This document shows positions 10,786 to 19,807 of a DNA stretch of 64,000 nt, piece after piece. Numbering within the stretch: the first letter of the stretch is position 1; each line of letters starts with the position of its first letter. Source of the stretch: Patescibacteria group bacterium (GTDB taxonomy: Bacteria; Patescibacteriota; Patescibacteriia; UBA1558; UBA10009). The stretch lies in NCBI GenBank assembly GCA_041662565.1, contig JBAZSE010000001.1, forward strand, positions 129,084 to 193,083, written 5' to 3'. Below the pieces are notes generated by a model. That model made no database searches and had not been told where the DNA came from. It saw only the letters and a list, made by a program, of their open reading frames with translations. The translations under genes were made by a program, and so were the position numbers.

Positions 10786-12015
10786 ATGGATTTTCAGGAA
10801 TTCAATAAAGCATACGAAAAGATACTATTAACCGCTGATTCGCAGAAGGCCATGCAGTTATTAACTTTGCTTAATAAAGGCGGATTTAATGTTTCGGCGG
10901 ATAAAGTAGTTATTTTAAAATGGATTGCTTTAGACCGTTTATCTGATCGGGAAATTTTAGAATTATTCCAAAATTATTTTAAAGAAGGTTTAGAGTTGGA
11001 ATTTTATGATTTAAAAGATCAGGTTAGAAATAAATTTCTTACTAGCGTGCCTGAATCCAAGCGTGATGATTATAAAAAAGAAATACTAAAAGCCATTAGC
11101 AATAATCAGCAAAAAATCAGCAGCCAAAATTATTTAACTGGCAATAATCAGTCTGTTGCAAATTCCATTGGCGTTTGGCTTAAAGATTATCTTGTTTTTG
11201 GTGGAGCGGAACCGTTGACCAATATTAAGGAATTAGAGTTTTATAAGTCAAACAAAAATTGGGGCTTATTAAATAATCAACAAAGGGAACAGTTGCGTTT
11301 GATGTTTAACTTAGTTGAATGGCTTAAGCATTCCAATTTTTCTTTACGAGGCGATTCTGAACCGGCATTTTTAAATTATGACGGAGAATATTACGGCATT
11401 ATTGACGGCAGGGTTTATAAGGCAAAAGATTTAATTGATGATTTGTCTTTAAGTTATTTTGCTCAAATTTCTGGAAACCAAAGTAATGCTTTACCAAAAA
11501 CATCGTTTTCCATAAATCCTCAAATTTTACGTTCTCGTTACCAAGAAATTTTAAAGCAATTATTGCCTGCTAACGGCGTTGCAAAAAAACCTGCCAGCCA
11601 TGAACCGGAGGTTTTATTAAACCAGCTTAATAATGATTTGGCCTTACGCGATGCCGGTGCTGTGGTTGCTGATCTGGAAAATTTAATCCAGTTAAAAGGT
11701 TTGTTAAAATTGTTAAAGAGCAAAAACTTTTCCAGTGATTTTATAATTTATTTAGAAGCCCATTTGGGCATGGGGCTTGAAGATCAAGCTACCCGCTTAT
11801 CTCCAGAATCTTTATCTTTATTTTTGCAGTTTTTACTGATTAATAAACTTCAACTTAGTTTGGAGCAGTCGGCAGTTATCGGATTATATTTGGCTAATGT
11901 TTTAGCCAAGCAAAATCAGCGGGAGTTTTTACCCATTGCCTACTGTGATTTATCTTCAAACACCTTTAAATGGCGGGAAGTGATAGGGGAGAATGGGAAG
12001 TTGAAGTTTAAGTAG
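10786..12015 (+). CDS. Hypothetical soluble protein (409 aa), translationally coupled to the VirB6-like gene
   Basis: Long ORF starting 4 nt after the upstream stop. No TM segment and no recognisable motif. Confidence 0.5.
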   Translation: MDFQEFNKAYEKILLTADSQKAMQLLTLLNKGGFNVSADKVVILKWIALDRLSDREILELFQNYFKEGLELEFYDLKDQVRNKFLTSVPESKRDDYKKEILKAISNNQQKISSQNYLTGNNQSVANSIGVWLKDYLVFGGAEPLTNIKELEFYKSNKNWGLLNNQQREQLRLMFNLVEWLKHSNFSLRGDSEPAFLNYDGEYYGIIDGRVYKAKDLIDDLSLSYFAQISGNQSNALPKTSFSINPQILRSRYQEILKQLLPANGVAKKPASHEPEVLLNQLNNDLALRDAGAVVADLENLIQLKGLLKLLKSKNFSSDFIIYLEAHLGMGLEDQATRLSPESLSLFLQFLLINKLQLSLEQSAVIGLYLANVLAKQNQREFLPIAYCDLSSNTFKWREVIGENGKLKFK

Positions 12016-12033
12016 TTTGGTTTAATAGATTTT

Positions 12034-12077
12034 AAAAAACGGATTGCACTGATATTTATCAAGGCAATCCGTTTTTA
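12034..12077. terminator. Bidirectional intrinsic terminator between the convergent hypothetical gene and efp
   Basis: Stem ACGGATTGC / GCAATCCGT around a 16-nt loop. It is flanked by an A-tract on the 5' side and TTTTT on the 3' side. Confidence 0.7.
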
Positions 12078-12094
12078 ATATAAATTGATTTAAT

Positions 12095-12652
12095 TTAAAC
12101 CCTTTCTACGTATTCTTCCGTTTCGGTATTAACTCTGATCATTGTGCCTTGGTTTACAAACAAGGGCACTCGAATTTCCTTACCGGTTTCCAAAACAGCG
12201 GTTTTCATGGCTGCTCCGGCCGTATCGCCCTTAATACCGGGAGGAGCATCAACTACCATTAATTCAACTTTAACCGGCAGTTTAACGCTAACCGGGCGGC
12301 CTTCAAAAATCAGCACATCCACGGTTAAGCCGTCTTTTAAAAACTCCGCGGGAGCGCCGATAACTTCCTTATCCAGTTCAAACTGCTCAAAGGATTCGTT
12401 ATCCATAAAAAAGCACTTATCGCCTTCTTTGTACAAAAAGTTGGCTTTGGCTCTTTCTAAATCAGCTTCTTCGGCTTTATCGCCACCGGCGTAGGTGATT
12501 TCCAAATTTTGCCCGGTAATTAAGTTACGCAGTTTGGTTTTTAAGGTTGCTCCGCCCCTTCCTTGCTTGGCATGCAAAGCCGAAATAACCACATACGGCT
12601 GTCCGTTGTGATTAATAGCGGTTCCCAGTTTAATGTCACTGATACTTAACAT
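12095..12652 (-). CDS. efp: Elongation factor P
   Basis: 185 aa. 'GGATLKTKLRNLITGQ' and the overall EF-P KOW / OB architecture are recognisable. Confidence 0.93.
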   Translation of the reverse strand: MLSISDIKLGTAINHNGQPYVVISALHAKQGRGGATLKTKLRNLITGQNLEITYAGGDKAEEADLERAKANFLYKEGDKCFFMDNESFEQFELDKEVIGAPAEFLKDGLTVDVLIFEGRPVSVKLPVKVELMVVDAPPGIKGDTAGAAMKTAVLETGKEIRVPLFVNQGTMIRVNTETEEYVERV

Positions 12653-12653
12653 A

Positions 12654-12893
12654 TTATTTGGTAGTAAAAGGCAAAAGGGCCATAAAACGGCATCTTTTAA
12701 TGGCTTCGGCCAATGATCTTTGGTGCTTGGAGCAAACGCCGGATCTTCTTCTGGGCACTATTTTGCCGTAAGAAGAAGTAAAGCGCAAAAGTTGTTGGGA
12801 ATTTTTGTAATCAATTTCATCCTGGCCGTTAACGCAAAAATGGCAGTATTTGTCTTTATTGGCCGGGACTTTGGTTTTATTGTTATTGAGCAT
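12654..12893 (-). CDS. rpsR: 30S ribosomal protein S18
   Basis: 'YCHFC ... IDYKN ... LRFTSSYGKIVPRRRSGVCSKHQRSLAEAIKRCRFMALLP' matches the S18 signature. Confidence 0.93.
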   Translation of the reverse strand: MLNNNKTKVPANKDKYCHFCVNGQDEIDYKNSQQLLRFTSSYGKIVPRRRSGVCSKHQRSLAEAIKRCRFMALLPFTTK

Positions 12894-12917
12894 AGAGTAT
12901 TAATTTATAATTTAAGT

Positions 12918-13016
12918 ATTGTCATTTCGAGCGAGGCGTAAGCCGAGTCGAGAAATCTATGTTGTAGAACGAGAGGGATTTCTCCGTTCCGCTATCGCTT
13001 CAGTCGAAATGACAGA
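12918..13016 (-). ncRNA. Structured intergenic element in the ssb-rpsR spacer. Nested stem-loops, possibly a regulatory leader or processing site
   Basis: Outer stem GTCATTTCGA (12921-12930) pairs with TCGAAATGAC (13004-13013). Inner stem GAGAAATC (12950-57) pairs with GATTTCTC (12977-84). A further imperfect hairpin TCGAGCGAGGC / GCCGAGTCGA lies between them. Confidence 0.4.
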
Positions 13017-13028
13017 GAACATTTGAAT

Positions 13029-13511
13029 TTAGAAAGGAATATCTTCCACGTTAATTTCTTCTTCGCTTGAGGCGACCGGCCTGCTGGGAGAAGAATTTTG
13101 GGCATAATCATCAACCGGTGAAGGTTGCGAAGTCGGCGAACCAGCTGGTTCATAATTGCTTCTGCCGCCGCCGGCATTACCGGCCCTATCTAACATAATA
13201 ATGTTATCGGCAATAATTTCACTGCGGTATTTTTTAACGCCTGTTGCCTGATCATCCCAGGATCTGGTTTGCATTCGGCCTTCAACGTAAATTTTAGCGC
13301 CTTTTTTAAGGTATTGGCCGGCAATTTCGGCTAGCTTGCGCCAGGCCACAATGTTATGAAATTCGGCTTTTTCCTGTTTGTTGCCCGCTTGGTCTTTCCA
13401 AACCAAATTGGTTGCCACGGCAAAGCTGGCCACAGTTTGGCCGCCTGGGGTGGTGCGAACTTCCGGATCGCGGGTAATGTTTCCGATAATCATGGCTTTA
13501 TTGAGATCCAT
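13029..13511 (-). CDS. ssb: Single-stranded DNA-binding protein
   Basis: OB-fold N-terminus 'MIIGNITRDPEVRTTPGG', a Gly/Pro/Ser-rich linker and the C-terminal acidic tip 'DDIPF'. Confidence 0.93.
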   Translation of the reverse strand: MDLNKAMIIGNITRDPEVRTTPGGQTVASFAVATNLVWKDQAGNKQEKAEFHNIVAWRKLAEIAGQYLKKGAKIYVEGRMQTRSWDDQATGVKKYRSEIIADNIIMLDRAGNAGGGRSNYEPAGSPTSQPSPVDDYAQNSSPSRPVASSEEEINVEDIPF

Positions 13512-13554
13512 ATTATTAAATCGGTTAATTGTTTAATAGGATAATTGAACTTTA

Positions 13555-14040
13555 TTAAATAACTTTTTCGTCCAAAAGTTCATCAAGTTTTTTATCCAAA
13601 TCCTCCAAACTAATTTTGGGCTTGGCGGTTTTAACCGGCTGGGCCTGTCTGATTTCTTCTTTTTCAGCTTCTTTTTTAACCACTTCTTCTCTGATTTTGC
13701 CGGATTTGATTTTTTCCTGGCGGGCAATTTCGGCCGCAGTTTTAACTTTCTTTTTAATAACCAAATGCCTTAACACATTTTTATTCAGCTTTAAGGCGTT
13801 ATCAATCGCGGTTAAAGAAGCCGGGATCAAATCAAATTCGTAAGAAAAATAAAAGCCATGCTTTAAGTTTTTAATAGCATAGGCCAATTTTTTCCTGCCC
13901 AAATCCAAAACTCTGATGTTTTGGGCGCTGTTTTTTTCCAACAAATTTTTAACTTCCGCTAAAATAGCGGGATGTTCGTTTTCCGAGGCAGTGGCGTTGA
14001 TAATCAACGTTAGCTCGTAATGGGTGGCGTTTTCTTGCAT
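13555..14040 (-). CDS. rpsF: 30S ribosomal protein S6 with a Lys/Glu-rich C-terminal extension
   Basis: The N-terminal ~95 aa read 'HYELTLIIN ... GRKKLAYAI'. Gene order rpsF-ssb-rpsR is conserved. Confidence 0.85.
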   Translation of the reverse strand: MQENATHYELTLIINATASENEHPAILAEVKNLLEKNSAQNIRVLDLGRKKLAYAIKNLKHGFYFSYEFDLIPASLTAIDNALKLNKNVLRHLVIKKKVKTAAEIARQEKIKSGKIREEVVKKEAEKEEIRQAQPVKTAKPKISLEDLDKKLDELLDEKVI

Positions 14041-14260
14041 TTTTATAATGCTCGGCTGAGAAAAATATGGTTAATTTCTCGTCAGCTTGGCTTGATTACC
14101 CCGATTTTATAGAAAATTGGGGGTTTCGATAGATTTCTCTTCCGAAACTCGGTTAATTAAGCAGCAGCTTGCAGGGGTATTGTGGCAGATTGTCGGTCGA
14201 TTGTCAAGAATCAGCCGTTCTATTGCCAATCACCCTAAAAATCAGTAAGATATATCTATT

Positions 14261-15442
14261 ATGCTAAATTCAAATTCCAACAAATACGCCTTTATTTTAG
14301 GCCATGTGCCGGAACTTTCTGGGGCCGAAATTATTAAAGTGTTAGGGAGTCAAAATATCATTTTTGAAACAGTTTTGTCGTCTAAAGATTTTTTATTGGT
14401 TGAAGTAGGTGGGGAATTGGATGTTAAGGCGTTGCAGGAAAGGTTAGGGGGAACGATAAAGATATCACGTATCATGTATCATGTATCACAGGAAGAATTA
14501 GGTGATAAGGTTGAAGAAATAATAGCAGCGAAAAGGCCAAATAACCAAGAACAAAAATTTCAGTTCGGTTTCAGTTTGTATGGAAAAATGGATTTAAAGG
14601 AATTTCAGAATATGGGTTTAGCTCTTAAGAGGAAATTAAAAAACAGCGGAGTTGTTTGTAGGTTTGTTGTTTCTAAAGAAAAAAGTTTATCTTCCGTAAT
14701 TATTATTAAAGAACATCTTATTGGTCAGGGTTTGGATGTGGTAATTATAGAAGACGGTCAAAAGTACTATTTAGGTTACACGGTCGCTGTTCAGGATTTT
14801 AGGGACTATTCGGATCGGGATTTTGGCCGGCCCATGCGGGATAGTAAAAGCGGGATGATACCGCCAAAATTGGCTAAGATAATGCTTAATTTGTCCGGTG
14901 TTAATCCGCTGGCGGTAATTTTGGATCCTTTCTGCGGTTCCGGAACAATTTTGCAAGAGGCCTTGTTGATGGGTTATAAAAATCTGATCGGTTCTGATCT
15001 TTCGATAAAAGCCGTAGATGATACTAAAAATAATTTAAACTGGTTAAAAGCCAAATATAACTTGGATATATCTGGTATTAAAGTTTTAGAATTGGATGTT
15101 AGGAATTTGTCTAAAAAAGTTGTTGCCGAGTCAATTAATGCTATTGTCACGGAGCCGTATTTAGGAGAGGCCAAAAGTTCAAAGCTCAAAACTCAAAACT
15201 TTCTGGCACTAGCCGAGCTTTACATCCAAAGTTTTAAGGAATTTTATAAAGTTTTAAAGCCAAATGGAAAGGTTGTGATGATTTTGCCGATTATTGAAGG
15301 CCAAAAAATGGAGATTTTGGATCAAGTTACAAAAATCGGTTTTACCATGGAAAATTTAAGCGATAATCCCAGAAGTTCCATTGTTTATGGCAGGGAAGGA
15401 ACAAGGGTAGAGCGGGAAATCTTCGTTTTTAAGAAAAAATAA
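14261..15442 (+). CDS. Trm11 / UPF0020-like SAM-dependent RNA (m2G-type) methyltransferase
   Basis: N-terminus 'FILGHVPELSGAEI' is of the Trm11/Trm-G10 type. Motif I 'DPFCGSGT' and motif IV 'TEPYLG' are present. Confidence 0.6.
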   Translation: MLNSNSNKYAFILGHVPELSGAEIIKVLGSQNIIFETVLSSKDFLLVEVGGELDVKALQERLGGTIKISRIMYHVSQEELGDKVEEIIAAKRPNNQEQKFQFGFSLYGKMDLKEFQNMGLALKRKLKNSGVVCRFVVSKEKSLSSVIIIKEHLIGQGLDVVIIEDGQKYYLGYTVAVQDFRDYSDRDFGRPMRDSKSGMIPPKLAKIMLNLSGVNPLAVILDPFCGSGTILQEALLMGYKNLIGSDLSIKAVDDTKNNLNWLKAKYNLDISGIKVLELDVRNLSKKVVAESINAIVTEPYLGEAKSSKLKTQNFLALAELYIQSFKEFYKVLKPNGKVVMILPIIEGQKMEILDQVTKIGFTMENLSDNPRSSIVYGREGTRVEREIFVFKKK

Positions 15443-15443
15443 T

Positions 15444-16913
15444 ATGCCGACTTCTTTTAAAAAGGTTATTCATAAGGTTAGAACGGAAAAATGGTGGCTC
15501 GAAGAATGTCCGACCTCTTTTTTTCTTTTTGATTATATTATGAAAACTTTTGTTTCCGCTGGTCGTTTATTGGGCCGGCCCACGCTTAAACAATCAGTTT
15601 TTATTAATAAAAATAATTTGGGCATGGAGCTGAACCCTTACGATGAAAGGAAAAATAATTTTATAGATATTTATCAGCATGAGCTCAAAACTCAGGGGTA
15701 TTTTAAAAAATTATTTTTACCTTGGTTTAAAATTCGTCAAAATTTGGCAAAACTTAATGATTTAGCTATTAATAAAATTAATGGCTATTCTTCAGTTGAA
15801 CTATTAAGGTTTGCTAAAGAATTTCTTCAATTAGGTTTTGATTCGGTTGTTTATGGAGCGCTATTGGAGTGCGTTGATCCTTTTACCGAAAGTTTACCAA
15901 GAGATTTAAAATTAAGATACAATTTAACCAACGAGCAGGCACGCGATTATTCATCAATTTTATCGATCCCATTAGAAAGAAGTTTTTTAACCCAAGAAAA
16001 ATTGGATTTTTATTCACTTTGTTTGCATAAGCTAACGATCGTACAGTATATAGCAAAATATTATTGGATTAATTCCAACTATCGCCAATCTGGAGAACTA
16101 GAATTAGCTGATTTAAAAAAAAGAATTAAAAATGAATTGAAAATTTTTGGTGGCTCTGCTGGCATTAAAAAAGAAATCAAAAAAACCTTAAGGAACGAAA
16201 AAAAACTATTTTCTGATAAAAAAGCTATTTCTCAAAAACTTAAATTAATTAAGGCAGATAAAAAACTTTTTAAATTACTGGAGATTTTTGGCCATTATAT
16301 TGATTTAAGAAAAGAAAGCATGCTTCGACATACTTATGCCAGAGATAAGTTTTTATTAGAAATTAGCCGTCGAACTAATTATAAGATGGATGATTTAAGT
16401 GATTTGGATGACCAGGAAATTATTAAAGTTATACAAAAAAAACCTGTTAATTGGCGTCAAATCCGTTTAAGGCATAAGCTGTGCGTGGCTTATTATACCC
16501 CCTTTGAACGAAAAATATTTTATGGAAGTGAAGCAAAAAAAATTTATCAAACTTTCATTTTAAGTTTAAAAAGTGATCAATTAAAAGGCATGGTTGCTCA
16601 GCTCTCATCTCGGCTTATTAGAGGCAAAGTTTCTTTAGTTTTAGACATTTTTAAGGATAAATTTAAGCCGGGCAATATTTTAATTACTACTATGACTCGT
16701 CCGGAGTTTATGCCTCTAATGAGGCGAGCTAAAGCGGTGATTACCGATGAGGGAGGTTTAACCTGTCATGCTGCTATTATTTCTCGTGAATTAAAAATCC
16801 CCTGTATTATTGGAGTAAAAAACGCTACTAAAGTTTTAAAAAATAATGATTTTGTGGAGATGGATTTAAAAACAGGAGTAATTAAAAAAATAATCAATGA
16901 AAATAAACATTGA
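15444..16913 (+). CDS. PEP-utilizing-enzyme mobile (phosphohistidine swivel) domain protein, paralog 1 of 5. It has a unique N-terminal domain of about 380 aa
   Basis: C-terminus 'TTMTRPEFMPLMRRAKAVITDEGGLTCHAAIISRELKIPCIIG' is nearly identical to the PpsA / PPDK / rifampin-phosphotransferase His domain, with the catalytic His in 'TCHAAI'. Confidence 0.85.
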   Translation: MPTSFKKVIHKVRTEKWWLEECPTSFFLFDYIMKTFVSAGRLLGRPTLKQSVFINKNNLGMELNPYDERKNNFIDIYQHELKTQGYFKKLFLPWFKIRQNLAKLNDLAINKINGYSSVELLRFAKEFLQLGFDSVVYGALLECVDPFTESLPRDLKLRYNLTNEQARDYSSILSIPLERSFLTQEKLDFYSLCLHKLTIVQYIAKYYWINSNYRQSGELELADLKKRIKNELKIFGGSAGIKKEIKKTLRNEKKLFSDKKAISQKLKLIKADKKLFKLLEIFGHYIDLRKESMLRHTYARDKFLLEISRRTNYKMDDLSDLDDQEIIKVIQKKPVNWRQIRLRHKLCVAYYTPFERKIFYGSEAKKIYQTFILSLKSDQLKGMVAQLSSRLIRGKVSLVLDIFKDKFKPGNILITTMTRPEFMPLMRRAKAVITDEGGLTCHAAIISRELKIPCIIGVKNATKVLKNNDFVEMDLKTGVIKKIINENKH

Positions 16914-18354
16914 TTTAAAGCATGAACTATTTCAGTGGGGTCCGATTGACGCTAAATTGATTTATCCCGATTATTTTAGCTGGTCTTTTGTTAATTACGC
17001 CAAAAAATTTATTAGTTGGTCCGACCTTGTTGGTATTTTTAGTCAGGGCAAGGTAGTTTATTTCGGCGATAATCCTAATTTGAGAGAAAGAGGCAGAAAA
17101 AACTTTTATCGTTATATTCTACCCAATGAACAATTTAAAAAATATTATCAAGAATGGCAAAAATACCTTAAACATTTGATTAAGCTTCAACACAGTATTA
17201 CTCCAAAATATTTGCAGGCGCTGGATAACCATAACCTTAATCAATTATACCAGAAGTGGGTCAGGGCCTATCTTAATTTTTGGACAGTCGGCCTGTTGCC
17301 GGAATTATCTAACTGGGGCACTGAAGAGATTTTAAGTGAACGTTTGCGTCTAATCGTGCCTCAACAATATTTTAGCAAAGTTTTTGAAAAATTATCAGCT
17401 CCGTTAAGTTTGTCATTTTATCAGAGATCAGATTTGGAGTTATTGGCTTTAAGAAAATATTTTAAAAATAAAAAAGAATTTGATAAAAAATTATTCAAGT
17501 TTCAACAAAACCATTTTTGGCAATTAAATAGTTACGGCCATAGCCGTGTTTTACCAGTTGCATATTTTAAACAAGAGTTTTTGAAATATTCATCATCATC
17601 AGCAGCTCAAAAAGTTAGAGGATTAAAATTGTATAGCCAAAGAGTTAAATTGGTCAAGAAAAAAATAATAAAGCAATATCAGCTTGATGGCCAAACTGCT
17701 AAAATTGCCGATCGTTTAAGTTTTTGTGTTTGGTGGCAGGATCTAAGGAAATTTTACATTTTTTGGGCCAATCATTGTATTGATGTTTTTCTTAAAGAAT
17801 TTTCCAAAAGATATAAAGTTAGTTTTTTAGACCTTCATTTTTACAATGCAGAAGAATTATCAAAGTTGTCAGTCCAAGGCTTAAAAATCAATAGTCAGAT
17901 TATTTGGGCAAGAAAAAAATTAGTTGTTTGTCATTATGCAGAAAAAAATAATAAGCTTGATTATATCATTGGTGCTCGAGCAAAAACAATTAAGAAAAAA
18001 TTTACCAATTCAAAAGAAAAGCCTAATAATCTTCAAGAAATAAACGGTTTAACTGTCAGTTTGGGCAAAACAATCAGGGGCAAAGTTAAAATAATTACTT
18101 CGCCAAAAAATATAGGTAAAATGCAGCCAGGCGATATTTTAGTCGCTTCCATGACCAGTCCGGATTATATTGTGGCCATGAAAAAGGCCTTGGCGATTAT
18201 AACTGATGCTGGAGGCATGACGGCTCACGCGGCCATTGTTAGCCGTGAATTAAAAATTCCCTGCATTGTTAACACTAAAATCGCTACTAAAGTATTGCGC
18301 GACGGTGATTTAGTGGAAGTTGATAGTAAACATGGTGTTATTAAAAAATTGTAA
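16897..18354 (+). CDS. PEP-utilizing-enzyme mobile domain protein, paralog 2
   Basis: C-terminus 'MTSPDYIVAMKKALAIITDAGGMTAHAAIVSRELKIPCIV'. It overlaps the upstream gene by 17 nt. Confidence 0.85.
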   Translation: MKINIDLKHELFQWGPIDAKLIYPDYFSWSFVNYAKKFISWSDLVGIFSQGKVVYFGDNPNLRERGRKNFYRYILPNEQFKKYYQEWQKYLKHLIKLQHSITPKYLQALDNHNLNQLYQKWVRAYLNFWTVGLLPELSNWGTEEILSERLRLIVPQQYFSKVFEKLSAPLSLSFYQRSDLELLALRKYFKNKKEFDKKLFKFQQNHFWQLNSYGHSRVLPVAYFKQEFLKYSSSSAAQKVRGLKLYSQRVKLVKKKIIKQYQLDGQTAKIADRLSFCVWWQDLRKFYIFWANHCIDVFLKEFSKRYKVSFLDLHFYNAEELSKLSVQGLKINSQIIWARKKLVVCHYAEKNNKLDYIIGARAKTIKKKFTNSKEKPNNLQEINGLTVSLGKTIRGKVKIITSPKNIGKMQPGDILVASMTSPDYIVAMKKALAIITDAGGMTAHAAIVSRELKIPCIVNTKIATKVLRDGDLVEVDSKHGVIKKL

Positions 18355-18360
18355 GGATAC

Positions 18361-19806
18361 ATGAATCAGGCCAAATTAATAAAAAAAGTTAAATCAACCA
18401 ATTGGTACCGTCAGGGCGGAGGCATTAACATGCTGTATTGTTCTGTACCTTATCGTTCGGGCGCTAAAACTTTTGATTGTCAGATTTTTTTCAAGGGTCA
18501 TAATAATTACGGTTATTTTAATAAAGATAATGAAAGGCGCTTATTAAATTATTTTATTAGACGTCACCTTAAAGATAAGAATTATTTGACTAGTAAAATT
18601 AATCGTTGGCGGGTTTTGGTAAAACATCAACAGTCATTTTTAAGCCAATTGAATGCAATTTACCTCAAAAAGTTAAGTAATGCCGATTTTTTTAATGTTT
18701 ATCGCAAATTTTGTTTGTTCCAACTGGCCTATTGGCAACCGACTTTAATGATTGAATACTCTGATCCTTGGAGCGATAAAATTATTAGTGATTACCTAAC
18801 TAAATATCGACTTAAATTATCGGCTCAAAATTTATCGATTTTGACCGCTCCCAAGCTTTTAACTTTTGCTCAACAGGAAGAGCTAGATCTTTTATCAATT
18901 GTGAAAAATTATCTGGCTCACAGGAATATCAACAGACAATTAGCAAATCACGCAAAAAAATATTCCTGGCAGAGTATTACCTGGCTCAAGGCAAAAATGT
19001 TGTCGCAAGTATATTTTTTAAAGCGCCTAAAAGAGATGGCCAAACTTTCACATCAACAGATTAATGAAAGAATTAGGAATTTAAGCGGTTATTCATTAAA
19101 AATCAATAGATCTAAATCTACGATTGTTTCCAAAAATCATTTAAACAGCAGTCAGGTTGCCTTATTTGATTTTTTTGCATGTTTGTGCGATTGGCGTGAG
19201 GAAAGAAAAAAGTATGGCATGCTTAATAATAAACTGACTGAGAATTTTGCCGAAGAACTGGCTAAGCGGAGCGGCGTGGATAAGCATTTATTGTATTTTT
19301 TGGATGGTTTTGAGATTACTAGTTTACCTAAGATTGTTAAAATGACGGTGGAACTTAAAAAGCGGCAGAGAGCAGTTTTTTACAATTATACTTCCATGGG
19401 AATTTGGCGCTTGGTAGGCCAAGAAGCGGAAAAAATGAATAAGATTTTTGAAAACCGGATTAATTTGAAAAATGAGGAATTACAGGGTTTTATTGCCTGT
19501 CGGGGGATGGCATTTGGCCGGGTTAAAGTTATTATGTCCCACTCTGAATTTAAGAAATTTAAGCCAGGCGATGTTTTAGTTACCCAAATGACCAGGCCAG
19601 AGTTTGTGCCATTGATGAAAAAAGCGGCCGCAATTATTACCGATGAAGGCGGTATTACCTCACATGCCGCGGTAATTTCCAGAGAACTTAATAAGCCCTG
19701 CATTATCGGCACTCAAGTGGCTACCAGTTTATTAAAAGATGGTGATAGGGTAGAAGTGGATGCTAATAAGGGGATTGTAAAATTGTTAGAAAAAGCATTC
19801 CAATGA
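18361..19806 (+). CDS. PEP-utilizing-enzyme mobile domain protein, paralog 3
   Basis: C-terminus 'MTRPEFVPLMKKAAAIITDEGGITSHAAVISRELNKPCIIG'. Confidence 0.85.
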   Translation: MNQAKLIKKVKSTNWYRQGGGINMLYCSVPYRSGAKTFDCQIFFKGHNNYGYFNKDNERRLLNYFIRRHLKDKNYLTSKINRWRVLVKHQQSFLSQLNAIYLKKLSNADFFNVYRKFCLFQLAYWQPTLMIEYSDPWSDKIISDYLTKYRLKLSAQNLSILTAPKLLTFAQQEELDLLSIVKNYLAHRNINRQLANHAKKYSWQSITWLKAKMLSQVYFLKRLKEMAKLSHQQINERIRNLSGYSLKINRSKSTIVSKNHLNSSQVALFDFFACLCDWREERKKYGMLNNKLTENFAEELAKRSGVDKHLLYFLDGFEITSLPKIVKMTVELKKRQRAVFYNYTSMGIWRLVGQEAEKMNKIFENRINLKNEELQGFIACRGMAFGRVKVIMSHSEFKKFKPGDVLVTQMTRPEFVPLMKKAAAIITDEGGITSHAAVISRELNKPCIIGTQVATSLLKDGDRVEVDANKGIVKLLEKAFQ

Positions 19807-19807
19807 T

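Noticed and set aside
14041-14260. Possible S6:S18 autoregulatory leader upstream of rpsF
   Set aside because: Only weak partial complementarity (CTGAGAAA / TTTCTCGTCAG) is seen and there is no clear rRNA-mimic hairpin. The region is probably just the divergent promoter region between rpsF and the methyltransferase gene
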